From the human T2T-CHM13v2.0 reference genome, Homo sapiens, in NCBI GenBank assembly GCA_009914755.4, contig CP068257.2:42944001-43008000 (forward strand): a stretch of 64,000 bases of DNA. The letters are read 5' to 3'. This document shows positions 1-15,632 of the stretch, one piece after another (position 1 is the first letter of the stretch; the number at the start of each line of letters is the position of its first letter). The notes under the pieces were generated by a model. That model saw only the letters and a list, made by a program, of their open reading frames with translations, was not told the origin of the DNA and made no database searches. The position numbers and the translations under genes were made by a program.

Positions 1-3000
1 GTGTATTAATCTACTGAGTGTTCCAGTGGCTTTTCTACTTCTATTTTATGAGTATAGTTAATGATACCCTTTGTAACTTGAGTGATCTAAGATATACATT
101 ACTTGATAATGGCTCATTATCCCTTTTTCCCCAGCTTTATTGAGACGTAATTGACAAATAAGAATTATATAAATTCAGGATGTCTTGATATATGTACACA
201 TTGTGTGATTACCACGGTCAAGCTAATTAATATGTCCATCACCCATGCAGTTACCTTTATTTTGTGATGAGACATTTAAGGTGGACTCTCTTAGCAAATT
301 TCAGTGTTACTGCGTCACATTCTGTGTTACAGTCAACTGTCCCCGTGCTGCACATGAGGTTTCCAGAACTGACTCATCCTGCACAGCTGAAGCTGTATCC
401 TGTCATCAACATCAAAGTGGATGAAGCACACAGTTCTTGCACACCTGTATTAATAATCGCTGAAAGGATATTTAAAGAGTTATAAAAAATGAAAACTCCC
501 TGCACCCCCGCCCCTGTGAACCCCCACTCTACTCTCTGCTTTGCCGAGCTTGGCTTTTTTAGATTCCACATATAAGCGAGGTCTGCAGTATTTGTCTTTC
601 TGTGGCCTGGGTCACTTCACCTAGCATAGTGTGTGCAGGTTCATCCATGTTGCCACTAATGACAGGATCTCCCTTCTTTCTATGGCTGAATCGTATTCCA
701 TCGTGTGTATACACCACATTTTCTTTATCCACTCATCTGCTGATGGGCACTTATGTTGCTTCCATATCTTGGCTGTTGTGACTAGTGCTGCAGTTAGCAT
801 GGCAGTGCAGGTGTCTCTTTGAGATCTGGCTTTAATTTGTCTTGTATATACAAGATTGCTCATCACGTGGTAGTTCTATTTTTAATTTGCTGAGGAGCTT
901 TGACACTGTCTTCCATAATGGCTGCATGTAACAGCTTAGTTTTTCTTTAACATAGGCACATAGAATCTCTTGCTTTATCTTTTTAAATGGGATTGATTTA
1001 CAGTCCTCTCTCCCTCTCTCTCTCTCTCATACACAATTATTCCTGGTTTTGGCATCAGGGTCTCACCAGTCTTATATTAGAGGAATCCAGAAGATCTCTG
1101 TCTTCTTCTGAGCTCTGGAATATTTCAAGTATCACAGGAAGGTCTTATATTGAAGGCTGATGATATACACCTTTAAAACATCTGAGTCTGCCTTCTGAAG
1201 AATATCTTTCAATACCATTTCCATATTTTCCTGGACATCATTGTATTAAAAGTTTCATTTTGTTATTCAGTGTTGGTAATTTATATTTTTTAGAACACAG
1301 TCCATTCATTTATATTTTCAAATTTTAGGATAAACATACCCATGCTACTTTCTTTTACATAAAAACAAAAATCTCTGAATCTGTGGGCATGTTTCTTTTT
1401 CAATCTTTAATGTCTGCTTATTTTTATTAGACTGTATTTTTATTTTCTTTAGATTTTCCTTGATGAGCATCTGTGGATTTTTGTGGACATTTGAAAAGAG
1501 GGGGTCGTGCTCCTTCTTGTTAGAGATTGTTGAGTAAAAGTTTCAGAAAGCGTCATGGGTGGTAAACTTTCTGGATCCCTGTTGTTTAAGAACAGCCCTC
1601 CTCCTGACACCTGCCACAGCAGAGTCTAGGTGCAGAATTTCTTCCCTCCACCTTAGTAGAGGTTGGGCCACCAGTGTGTCTCAGATTTGCATAACTTTAA
1701 TCTTCTTGTGAAGCTTTTCCTCTTTCCAGAACCTGGCACTATTCTCTCCTTGTACTTCATTCATTTCACCAGACCCCTCCCTAGTCACTGTCATCAGCTG
1801 TGTTCATCCCCTCGGTCCCATCTTCTTTTAGTTCAAGGAACTTTTATTCCCATATGGGTTTGATGATTTTCTTCCATTCTTGGCTTCTCTCCCCACTGTG
1901 ATCCCAGGATCACAGACCCTGAGTCTCCTGGGTTCATCTCCCTTAGACCTCAGGCTTTTCTTGGCTTCATCTCTTTGTCCTTCTGCATTGGGTTTCGGTC
2001 ATTTTCTGAACTGGGGGTCATGGTGTCAGCTCTTCTGCCTCAGGGTCTGTTATGAGGACTGCCATTGAATTCCATATGTTTGGAGTGTCACGATTTCAGT
2101 CTCCAGGAATCCAAGGTGTTTTCCTTTCTTCTCCTTCTCCTTTTTGGTAGCACTCTCTTCTTGTTTCATGGAGTAACGGCCTCTTTGTTTCATGCATTAT
2201 TGTTTGTTTAGACTTTGCTTCTCTGTCATGCTGTGATTTCCTCATGCGTCTGAGGACCCTTAGTTGTTGTTCACGTTTTTAAGTGAGGGTCTAAACTGTT
2301 TGGCTTTCATTGCTGAAAGGTTCTCTGCATGTAGACACATGTCTTCTTCTCACAGAGCTGACACTGGGGCTCTCAGGGTGGGGCCTTGTCTGCCGCTGGC
2401 TGAGTACACGGGCTTTGGTTCATTTTGGCATCCAGAACTTCCTGGGGTGTGGTCTCTTCCTCTCCATCCTAGGACCCAGGCTGGGAGCCTCCTGGGCCAC
2501 CCCTGGCCTGCCTGGCTCTCCTGCTGGACTCAGGGCACCAGGCGGTTCTTCTTTAGAACTCAACCCTCAGTTAAAGACGCCTGAGTGCCCATGGCTGTCC
2601 TCATGTGCTGTCCCTGTGTCAGGGTCTCTGGGAAAAGCCATTTGTCTTCAGTCCTGCTTCTGCCTTTCTTTCTGTTGAATTTTACAGTCAAGAAAACCCG
2701 ATCTTTTTGTCTTGTCTGTCACAGAAAATCCTTACTGACCTGGTCTGCAGATGGCATGCCTGTTTTCTATCACTGTTCTGGTACCATTCATTTTTATTTG
2801 GATGAAGGGGAGGTGGAGGCATTGGGGAGTAGCCAGCCCAAACAGAGGGCTTAGGCTTTTAAAAAAAATTTACCAAGAGAAAATTCACAAGCCATGAAGC
2901 TCACCTGCTGCAAGGACATAATCCATTTGTTTTTAGCGTATTCCCAGTGTTTCTCAGCCATCACCAATATATAATTTTACAGCATTCCTCCCTCCAAAAA

Positions 3001-3127
3001 AATCACACCAATCAGCACCACTCCCCATGTGCCCCTCCCCCAGCCTCAGGCACCTACTCATCTACTTTCTTTCTCTGTAGATTTGCCCATCTGAGCCTTT
3101 CATACAAGTAGAATCCCACCAGGTTTC
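1..3127 (-). mobile_element. 5'-truncated older-family L1 LINE (ORF2 3' part and 3'UTR) on the minus strand; part of inverted-duplication arm A
   Basis: Reverse-complement reading gives an L1 ORF2 C-terminal region and 3'UTR. It is collinear with the plus-strand L1 at 56470-60150 (e.g. 291-385 is the reverse complement of 59755-59850, about 91% identical). Confidence 0.7.
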
Positions 3128-5613
<2,486 letters not shown>

Positions 5614-5935
5614 GTCACCACATGTGGGCTCTCACTAAGCATCATGCTTTCAAGGCTCATGCATGTTGTAGCCTGTGTCAGTATTGGATTCCTTTTCATG
5701 GCTGAATAAGATTCCCCACGGGAATGGGCCACATTTTGCTTGTGTGGATGGGCTGTGTTTTGCTTTGTCCTCTGATGGACATTTAGGCTTCTTCCACTTC
5801 TTGGCTGTTGTCAGTCATGCTGTGTACATGGGTACACCAGTCTCTGGCTGCTGTCAGTCATGCTGTGTACATGGGCGCACAAATCTGTGTGTGGACATTT
5901 GTTTCATTCCTCTGAGGTAGATGCCTAGAACTGGA
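5614..5935 (-). mobile_element. L1 3'-end fragment; continuation of the old L1 that the L1PA insertion split
   Basis: Collinear with the reverse complement of 56470-56800. ORF 5675-5920 (+) and ORF 56472-56699 (-) encode similar L1-derived peptides. Confidence 0.65.
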
Positions 5936-7546
5936 GTGGCAGGATCACAGGGTCACTTTGTGAGTGACCATTTTGAGGGACGGTTTTCCAAGGTGCTTTC
6001 ACTAGGAGTTGAAGCTCTGATGAAGCAGAAGACACATCGAATGAGGACCCAGAGCAGGGGTCAGAGGTGAGACCCCCCCACCAGGAGATGTCCTCCCTGG
6101 GGATGGCCAGACAGGCTGGGTCCTGTCGGTGCCTCGGACGAGGGCAGGTGGGGACAATGACAAACATGGAGGAGGTCAGAGAGCCAGCCCCGGCCCCTCC
6201 ACCTGGCTCTCTGTTCTGACCTTGTAGCCATCAGTGGGCATAGTGAGGTGGGTGGGGCTCAGACACGCATGTGTGGGGAGCCCCTCCCCAGGATGGTCCT
6301 GGAGCCCTAGGATGAAGGCTCGGCCCCTGCCAGCTACCCGGAGAACCAGGGCAGGAAGAAAACATCTCTGCCCCTGGAGGCTCTCATTTGTCCCTTCATG
6401 GGGACGTGGCTTTGCTTCCAAGGAGGTGGACAAGGCTGTGTCAGTTTGGCCTCCGGCCCTGGGGACGGCTGCTGCTGGCTGTCCTGGGTCTGCCTGGAGG
6501 GGAGTGAGCGAGGCGGCTGTGCTGACCACAGGGAGCTCCATGGGGTGGGACTCCGGGAGGTCCTCCTGCTGGTGCTGGTCGCCTCTGGCGTTGACATGCA
6601 AGGGTCATTTGCTGGGGCAGGAGGCAGACCTGGGCTCTCAAATGCACACAGCGACCTGGCAGAAAGAGTGCAGCGGCTCGTACCACTCGCCCAACGCGGT
6701 ATCGTGGACCACGTCTGAGTGCCAGAGCGGAGGGTGGCAGACAGAGCTGAGGGCTATTTGGAGAGACCTAGGAGGCTGGGGGTGTGGGGACAGGGTCCTC
6801 GGGGTCAGAGTCCAGGACCACAGGACCAGGAGGGAGCCAGGACCCTGAAAGTCTAGGCGAGGCCGCATGGGGCAGGGGGGCCCGCAGGCTTGGTTAGTGG
6901 GTGCCATGGTCCCTGCCCATCTGTGTTCTCGCCAGCGATGCCTGAGCAATGGGTATTCCAGAACCCCACGAATACTGGGCTGCTGGGCTCGAGTCCTGGG
7001 GGAGGGCGTGGTCCCCATGTCTTACTGTGGAGGAGATGAGGGCTGCAGGGATGGGCACTGTGGTCCATAGCTGGTCTCCCCAGGGGTAACAGGAGGGGTG
7101 AGGCTGCTGGCTGGAGCTAGGCCCCGGGTGGGCTACCCCAGTCCTGGGGGGCAGCCATGAGCTGGGGAGGGTGAATGTGGCTCAGGGGCCCAGAGTGCTG
7201 CCAGGGTCCACTTTGTCCCGAAACTCCTGGCCTTGGTTCCAGAGGCAGCTTTCCTAAGATGGGCCGGGGGGCCATGTGCTGGGGTTGGGGGCCCACGGGG
7301 CTAAGAGGGAGACTGGCCTTCAGGGTTCACAGAGGCCAGCACCAGAAGGCATTGCTTCCTGCCTCATCCCATGCCCCTCGGGGGTCCACAGACAGGATGA
7401 AAAGTCGACAGAGACAGAGGGGTGGAGCCAGGCCTGCTGGGGGTCAGGACTCTCCCTGCAGTCAGGGGTGGCATCACTTCCCACCTCACCCTGTGCCCCC
7501 CGGGGGTCCACAGACAGGACAGAGGTTGGTGTGAGACAGAGGCGGC

Positions 7547-7552
7547 TTTATT
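7547..7552 (-). terminator. KRTAP10-6: poly(A) signal (AATAAA on the minus strand) for KRTAP10-6
   Basis: tttatt at 7547-7552 is the reverse complement of AATAAA. It sits about 255 nt downstream of the stop at 7808, in the same position as in the KRTAP10-10 3'UTR. Confidence 0.75.
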
Positions 7553-7807
7553 AGAACTAGAGGGGGTGCTGCCCAGGGTGGAACCAGGCCTGCTGGGGGT
7601 TAGTTCTGCAGAACTTGGGTCTGGGGGAGTAGCTGGGGTCTCTCATGCAGCCAGCATCTGGGAAGGACAGGGGGAGCATCCTGGTCCCTAAGACAAAGAG
7701 CCTGCCCCATCTTCTGAGGGTGTCAAAGCCAGAGAGGGCAGAGCTTGCTGGGGCAGCTGGGAGGTCAGCCCCTGGTGGGAAGGGACTCCGGATCACATCC
7801 AGGGCTG

Positions 7808-8920
7808 TCAGCAGCTGGACTTCTGGCCAGAGCAGAGGCTGTAGCAGGCAGGGCGGGAGCACATGGGGCGGCAGAGGAGGGAAACACAGGAGGCCGTGCG
7901 GCAGCAGCTGGGCTGGCAGGAGGAGGCAGAGGCACCACAGGAGGGGACGGGCACGCAGCAGGTGGACTTGCACACAGGGTGGCAGAGGAGGGACACGGAG
8001 GAGGAGGATCTGCAGCAGGAGGCGGTGCAGCAAGCCGGCTGGCAGCTAGACTGCTGGCAGCATGATGTGGAAGCCCCAGAGCAGACGGGCACACAGCAGG
8101 CGTGCTGGCAGGGGGAGGAGGTGCAGCAAGCTGGCTGGCAGCTAGACTGCTGGCAGCATGAAGAGGAATCCTCAGAGCAGGTGGGCACACAGCACACAGG
8201 CACGCAGCAGACGGGCACGCAGCAGGCCTGCTGGCAGGGGGAGGAGGTGCAGCAAGTTGGCTGGCAGCTAGACTGCTGGCAGCATGAGGGTGTGCAGGAG
8301 CTGGTGCAGCCTGATTGGCAGGGGCTGGGCTCACAGACCGCCTGGCAGCAGGGGCTGGACACACAGCTCACACAGCTAGACTGCTGGCAGCACGAAGAGG
8401 AAATCCCAGAGCAGACAGGCTTGCAGCAGACGGGCACACAGCAGGCCTGCTGGCAGGGGGAGGAGGTGCAGCAAGCTGACTGGCAGCTAGACTGCTGGCA
8501 GCATGAAGAATCCCCACAGCAGACGGACACACAGCACACAGGCTTGCAGCAGACAGTCTTGCAGCAGACGGGCACGCAGCAGGCCTGCTGGCAGGGGGAG
8601 GAGGCACAGCAAGCCAGCTGGCAGCTAGACTGCTGGCAGCACGAGGGCGTGCAGGAGCTGGTGCAGCCTGATTGGCAGGGGCTGGGCTCACAGGTCACTG
8701 GGCAGCAGGGGCTGGACACACGGCTCACTGGGGTGCAGACCAGGCTCAGGCAGGGGGCCGGGGCGCAGCAGCTGGGGGCGCAGCAGGGGGGCTCGCAGCA
8801 GCTCTCTGGGCAGTCGTCCACCTGCCAGGAGTCGGAGCAAGAGTCACAGGAACCAGGAAGGCAGACGCGGCTGCCGTAGCTCAGGTCGCTGGAGCAGACG
8901 GACATGGTGGACGCGGCCAT
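7808..8920 (-). CDS. KRTAP10-6: Single-exon ultra-high-sulfur keratin-associated protein of the KAP10 family, 370 aa. It is KRTAP10-7-like at the 5' end and has a KRTAP10-10-like C-terminus.
   Basis: ORF begins [47 protein letters not shown], with about 30% Cys in CCQ/CCV pentapeptide repeats. The symbol is assigned from its position and orientation just upstream of KRTAP10-7, as I recall the cluster order. The reference length I recall is 365 aa, so a repeat-number variant is possible. Confidence 0.75.
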   Translation of the reverse strand: MAASTMSVCSSDLSYGSRVCLPGSCDSCSDSWQVDDCPESCCEPPCCAPSCCAPAPCLSLVCTPVSRVSSPCCPVTCEPSPCQSGCTSSCTPSCCQQSSCQLACCASSPCQQACCVPVCCKTVCCKPVCCVSVCCGDSSCCQQSSCQSACCTSSPCQQACCVPVCCKPVCSGISSSCCQQSSCVSCVSSPCCQAVCEPSPCQSGCTSSCTPSCCQQSSCQPTCCTSSPCQQACCVPVCCVPVCCVPTCSEDSSSCCQQSSCQPACCTSSPCQHACCVPVCSGASTSCCQQSSCQPACCTASCCRSSSSVSLLCHPVCKSTCCVPVPSCGASASSCQPSCCRTASCVSLLCRPMCSRPACYSLCSGQKSSC

Positions 8921-8980
8921 GCTGGGGTTGAACTGGTGGAGGGTGAGGGAGTGAGCCTGTGAGGTGCTGAGGCTCTCGGG

Positions 8981-9036
8981 CTTTTATTCCACCTGGCCTT
9001 GTTGTCCCCGGGCCCACAGCTTCCCCTTCCGTGTTG
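8981..9036 (-). promoter_or_regulatory. KRTAP10-6: KRTAP10-6 proximal promoter: AATAAAAG TATA-like box plus the conserved CAACACGGAAGGGG motif
   Basis: On the minus strand, ggaataaaagcc is 8979-8990 and caacacggaaggggaa is 9021-9036. The same arrangement sits upstream of every KRTAP10 gene in the window. Confidence 0.7.
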
Positions 9037-11257
9037 CCGAGAGCTGGAGTCTGCCGGGATTAGGGGTGTTTGTTCGCCCGTGATGTGGGCCAGCTCATAA
9101 ATCTCCCATCACATCTGGGCTGTGTCCCATCCCATGTGGATCCCTGGCGGCAGGAATTGGGCGGGGCCTGGTCCCAGCTGGGTTCGGGGAGCTGGGAGAG
9201 CCACAGGTCGCGGCATCGTCCACCCCTGGCCCCAGCAGCCCCGGGACACAGAGTCCCTCTGCAGGAAGCCGGCCTCAGGAAGTGTCCTTGTGGTGAAAAC
9301 CCCTCATCCAGCGTGGTCCTTCCCCCATCACCGGACACAGGACTGTGGCCATCTTCTGAGGGACAACCTGGGGCCCATGAGCCTTCATTGACCTGCCCTG
9401 GGCCATGGCATGGTGGGGGTGGGGGGCAGCTGTAACTGTGCCCAGACCTCTTGGCTTTGAGCTCTGGACGACTTCTCATCCCCACAGCCTCTTCACCTCC
9501 GGCCCTGTTTCGTGTCCACCTCGTCTTTGTGTTTTGGAGGCAGCAGGACCTGTGTGTTCCAGGGCAAGGACGGTGGGCTTGGCCCCTCCCTGCTTGGACA
9601 GCATGACAGCCTTCTGGGCTGTGGTTTTGGGTTCTGAACCTGCAGAGTAACCGTGCTGAGCAGCGGGCGGTCAGCAGCCCTCGTCCCCGCCTGGGGTGGC
9701 TCCTCTGTGTGCTCTGCTTCTCCGAGGCTGCCCGTCAGCCCCCACCCAGCCTCCTGCTGGGCCCATTTCCCAGCCCTGTCTTCCAAGCCCTGTGCCAGGC
9801 CTCTTAGTGTCACCACCTTAAAATTAAGGGACATCTGTCCAAAGAACCCGCACAGAAGACACAAAATGGGTCCATGAGAAGTTGATCTCACTGCAAACCC
9901 ATTGCCAGTGTAAACGAAACATAAAATCCTAAGCCCCTCAACTGACTAAATGGATCCCATCTTGCCCACGGGGACCCCCGAAAAACTGCGTTCCTGGCCA
10001 TGACAGGAAGGGAGGTCAGACACGCCTCGTTACACCCCCTCCCTTTAGGGTTTCGACACAACCACTACCCAGCACTAAAGTTAAAATAGAGACCGTAAGA
10101 CCCACAGAGCAGACTCTGGCAATAAGATATCAAATTACAAACAGGACCTCAGGCCGCGCCAGGCAAGGGACAAGCCGCGTGCCCTACACTGAGAGGACGG
10201 ACTCTGCTCTCACGCCACAGCTGCTGTTTTTCTACAGTGGCTAAACACGCACTGGCCCCGCGATGAGGATGAGCAAGGTTCAAACGACTGCAGCTCATCC
10301 ACCAGCAGATGCCAACTGACCACGTTCCACAGCCATGACCACAGCTCTGACTGGGCAGGAGACTGACTTCAGGAACCTCCTCCTGATAAGGGACCCCCAA
10401 CCATGGACTGGCTCCAGCCGGTTTACAGAGGCTGTGCACTGGAGTGCCTTTGTGTCCTGAGAAGACTTCTGAGGTTTAGGGCCTCATTGCGACCCATTGA
10501 CATGATAAGACTCCACCCTGTAAGAAGTACATTTCAAGTGGTCCGTATTCAGAAAACAGGCCCTGGCAAGTCCAGGCAGCTCCCTTGCAGATGTGACAAG
10601 CCACACAGTACAGACATCTGGGAAGAGTGATAAGACTCACAGAAGTCAGAGGGGAGGAAGAAAAAGTGACGGATGGCTAACACATAAAAGGAAAGAAACT
10701 TTTGCCATTGAGAAATCAAATGTAAAGTGGGGAAGGGGACAAGATGTAACCTTATAAGGGGATAATGAAACTTAGGTGACGTCCAGGAAGCCTGTGACCC
10801 CATAGTACTCAGGCTGCGAGGAACTGGGCGAGGGACCTGCACACTAGGGGATAAATTGCTTGTTGAAAGTGTGCTGGGTGTGCCCGCCCATCAGACACCA
10901 GATCTTGCAAGACCGACATTAAAGTCTCACTTTCACTGTTCTTCATGCCTCTAAGTCCATTCTTTGGATTTGGACGGGTCAGTGTGTTTCTCACAACCGC
11001 AGAGTGAAAACAGGTCGTATGTTACATGCATGTTTGTTCAGTTCCTCCTTCGTGAATATTCACTATTCCTCCATAACCTATTGCACATGTGTATTCAGCC
11101 AACCTGGTCAGCGTGGAGCTCCTGCCCCAGCCCCTCCTCCTGGCTCTCGTCTTGGCCAGAGGCTGTGCTTCCCGGCCTGCAGGATGGCTTTCTTGCAGGC
11201 TGTGCCCCTTTAGAAGAAACAAAGTCTCCTCTTTTTTTCCAAACTTACGGATCTGTG

Positions 11258-11558
11258 ATTTTTTTTTTTTTTTTTTGAGATGCAGTCTCACTCTGTTGCC
11301 CAGGCTGGAGTGCAGTGGTACGATCTCAGCTCACCGCAGCCTCCACCTCCTGGTTCAAGCAATTCTCCTGCCTCAGCCTCCCGAGTAGCTGGGATTACAG
11401 GCATAAGCCACCATGCCTGGCTAATTTTTGTATTTTTAGTAGAGACAGGGTTTCACCATGTTGACCAGGCTGGTCTCAAACTCTTGACCTCAAGTGATCC
11501 ACCTACCTTGGCCTCCCAAACATGCTAGGATTACAGGCCTGAGCCATTGCACCTGGCC
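11258..11558 (-). mobile_element. Alu SINE, full length, with a poly-T (minus-strand poly-A) at 11258-11276
   Basis: Contains gagatgcagtctcactctgttgcccaggctggagtgcagtgg, running to ggattacaggcctgagccattgcacctggcc. Confidence 0.95.
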
Positions 11559-13791
11559 AGATGGTGATTTTTTTAAATGAACACAAGCAGTCACCCAATT
11601 CTCTTCTCAGGAAGCAGCTACTTTCACCCATTTATTCTCTTTCTCTCTGTATCTCTCCATCTCTCTCTGTCTCTGTCTGTCTGCCTCTTCCGTATATGCA
11701 CACACACAGCCCATTCTCATTATTCCCAGAGGCTCTGTTCTATACAGTCTCCACCAGCACCGAATAACCAAATACTGAACCACTGCTCCTACAGGAAGCA
11801 CAGGGTTATGGTCTCATGAGCCTCTGATCACAACATTCCCATCACCTAATCAATGCATAGACATGTCTTACGAATGCTTCTGTCTGAAGACACCTTACTG
11901 AATCTATATAGTTGATTTATCAACACTGAGCCCCAGCCAACAGCCCTACAGAGCCTGAATGAAGTTGGTTGAACACATGTGTTTTCTCTGTAAGACGTGC
12001 TGGAGCCTTCTGAGCTCCGGACACCCAGCAGCACAGCAGCACTGCACTGGGGCACTTTAAACAACAAGATCAGAGCATCGTGGAGGAACGTGCGGCACTG
12101 AGGAGAACATAACAAGGACACCTGTTTACCATATGCGAGCTGAGACAGGAAAGCAAAACATCACCTCATTCTATTATGTGTATGTGTAAACATATATGCA
12201 CATACACATACATACATATAATGCCTCTGTACACATAAATTTTTAAAATGCAAATTATGTCATACTCTACCCACTATGTTTCTGTAAACATGGAGCTCCT
12301 TTCCTGTGAATACATAATGATCTCTGTCTTGTTTACAGCTGCATAGAATTCCATGTGGTCTGTGTGTTCATTTTCTATTGCTGTGGAACAAAGTACCACA
12401 AGCTTAGTGGCTTCAAATAACACACATTTATCATCTCGGTTTCTGTGGGTCAGGAGTCCAGGCACAGTTAAATTGGGGTCTCTGTAGGGCTGTATTGGAG
12501 TGTCTCATGGGAAGGTTCAATTGGAGAAGGATCCACTTCCAAGCTCATGTGATTGTTGGCAGAACTCAGTTCCTTGTAGCTTCTTGGACTAAGTGCCTCA
12601 GTTTGTCACCAGCTGTCAACTGGAGGCTGCCATCATCTCTTTCCATGCGGCCTCAACGGGCAGCTCGCAATGTGCTGGCTTTTTCACAGCTAGCCAGGGA
12701 GACAGAGTCCTCCCGAGACGAGCATTATGACCTTATGTAATGGGATCATGCACATCCCATCACCCTCTCTGTGGCTCCTTGTGTCTATACACGTGTCACA
12801 GTCCCAACCACACTCAAGGAGTGTGGGGCACACAGCCAGTGACCACTAGGAGGTGAGGGACATGGGGCCACCCTAGAGTCTGTCTCCCGCTGTCTGGACA
12901 ATGTCATGGCTGTGATACCTTTGCACATACCTTGTATCCACCCAGGAGTATCTACAGGATGCTTGCTTAGTGATTCAGGCTTAAAGGCATGAGGTTTTGA
13001 ATTGTGATGTGTAGCAGCAAACTGCCTGCCAAAGCCGTGGAGCAACCTCAGCCCAGCAGCAAGTCATCTGGGTAGTCTGCCCACACCCTCGCCAACCCAT
13101 GTTGGGAACATCAATGGTTTTCATTTTTTCCAATATAAAAAATGATATCATATGGCCATTAAATTTGTTTTATCTCATTTTAAATGGGGCTGAGCACGTT
13201 TTCTCATTTAAGAACCATGTATATTTCTTTCAATTGTCTCTGTATCCTTTGCTCACTTTCTGTTATGTTTCTGTTATTGATCTTAATAACTCGTGGGAGC
13301 TCTTTGGATATTAAGCAAATTAGCCCTTTCTCTGATATACAGATAGGAAATGTGTTTCCCATATTGTTGTCTTTTGACTTGGTTTATAATGTTTTCTCTC
13401 CTGCAATTTAAAAATTTTTACATAATTAGTTTTATCGGTTTTTTAAATGGCTTCGGTGTTTTACTCAAAACTTAGAATAGCCCTTTCCACTCTGAGATGA
13501 TTTTTCTTTCCCTTCCTATCATTATTGACAGGTGTATTAACATCCCCCACTATGATTTTCCCTTTTCTCTATTTCTACTTTTAGCTCTGCCAGTTAAAAA
13601 AATTAAAAAACAGTTTTTTATTTTAATTTTTTAATTTTATATTTTAAGCTATGTAATTAGATACATGCAGATTTAGAATTGTTACATCTTCCTGGTAGGT
13701 TGACTCTTTTAGCTTTATACATTTCTTTCTTCATCTCTATTGCTCTAAAATCTACTTTTTCTGATATTCATAAGTCACACTAGCATTTTAG

Positions 13792-14167
<376 letters not shown>

Positions 14168-15567
14168 TCTATGCTCTTGTATTCAGGCTCTGTATCTTGT
14201 AAGCAGCATGTAGTTAGGTTTTCTACTTTTTATTCAGACCAACAATATATTTTAATTGGAATATCTGATACTTTATTGACTGATGATTTAGTTTATATCT
14301 ATCTGCCATCTGACTGTACAATTTCTATTTGTCCCAATTTTTTAACGTTTCTTTTAAAAATCACTTCCTGTCTATTTTGGATTAATCAAGTATTTTTTAT
14401 TATTTATTTTCCCTCTTCTGTTCTATTCATTATTCGTGAGATAAGGCAAGGCTTCTCTTCAAACAGGCTGCTCAACCTTTTGTTCTTTAATTCCTAGTAC
14501 CCCCGCCCCCTCTCTTTCTTCTCCTTTTCTTCTTTCTGACTTTACTACATGCCCAGGCATGCCGCAACATCACTAGCATTATCAGCACCAGCTCGCATTC
14601 CGTTCTGTATTTAGGAAAAGACTGGCTCTCTAGTTTCCCGTAGATGACCCCTTCCTCCTCTCCCGTCTCTCCCATTATGCATCCATTTTATCTAAGAAAG
14701 TTTAAATGTTTAGCCAATCGGGTCTAGTTTAAATTGTGCGGCGCAATCCCAGCCAATGGGGAAAGGACACAGGGGCAGGATCACGTTAGGAATAAAAACT
14801 TCTACTCTCCTTTGTTCTGTGTGCTCTCGTGGCAACCAGCCATATGGGAGACACCCTCCTGCACAGACATACATTTGCTTTGCTGAGAAATCCTTTGTCT
14901 CAGTGCTCGTTTTTCCTTACGACTCTGAGCCTTATTTCTAACATTATTGATTATACATTGATTATACATAGTTTTTACTATCTCTTCCGTGGTCACTTTA
15001 GAGATTATAGCACACATTCTTAGATTATTCAAGTGTAACATATGTCAGCACTTCCGCCGCTTCCAAAACAATGCTGAAACCTTAGAAAACTTTCACTCCA
15101 TTTATCCTTCTCACCTTTTATTGTTAATGTCATCATGCATTACTTTTCTACTTCTAGTTTAGACCCCACAAGAGATTATAAATATAATAATATTACCCTT
15201 TCAGATCCTCCTGGTTCCTTCCTGCATTTTTATCCTTCCGTCATCCTGCCTAAAAAAATCCCCTTTCATAGTTACTGTAGAGTAGGTCTGCTCGTGTTCA
15301 GTTTGCTCAGTTGTTATCCAGAATTGTTTTGTTTCATATTTCACCTTTGAACAATGTTCTTCCTGGTCTAGAATTCTAGGTTTGCAGTGATTTTCTTTCA
15401 GCTCTTTAAAGATGTCATTCTATTACCTTTAGTTTCTTCAACAGCTCTTTTAGGAGAGCTTTAAAGGAATCATTTTTAAAACATTTTGTTCAGCTTTTCA
15501 AGTTGTTCTCAGCAGGAGTATATGTCTGACATAGCTACTTTGTCCCATATGGAAGCAGAGGCCCCCA

Positions 15568-15570
<3 letters not shown>

Positions 15571-15631
<61 letters not shown>
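15571..15631. repeat. (TC)n dinucleotide microsatellite, about 30 units
   Basis: Direct reading. Confidence 0.95.

Positions 15632-15632
<1 letters not shown>

Noticed and set aside
7765-8364. Pro/Ala-rich overlapping-frame ORFs (for example 7765-8364 (-) 199 aa, 17621-18196 (+), 28790-29632 (+), 43796-44758 (+), 54008-54667 (+), 63069-63836 (+))
   Set aside because: These are alternative frames of the same KRTAP coding repeats, translated as low-complexity PAAS-rich sequence. The genuine frame is the Cys-rich one, which has the conserved MAASTMS start, a TATA-spaced ATG and family similarity.
7863-8879. 338-aa plus-strand ORF ([33 protein letters not shown]…) and similar long ORFs at 17262-18242 (-), 27978-29147 (-), 44088-44497 (-) and 62950-63453 (-)
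   Set aside because: They lie exactly antisense to KRTAP10 CDSs. They arise because the reverse complement of the TGC/CAG/CCC-rich repeats (GCA/CTG/GGG) lacks stop codons. They have no independent promoter or poly(A) signal and no resemblance to known proteins.
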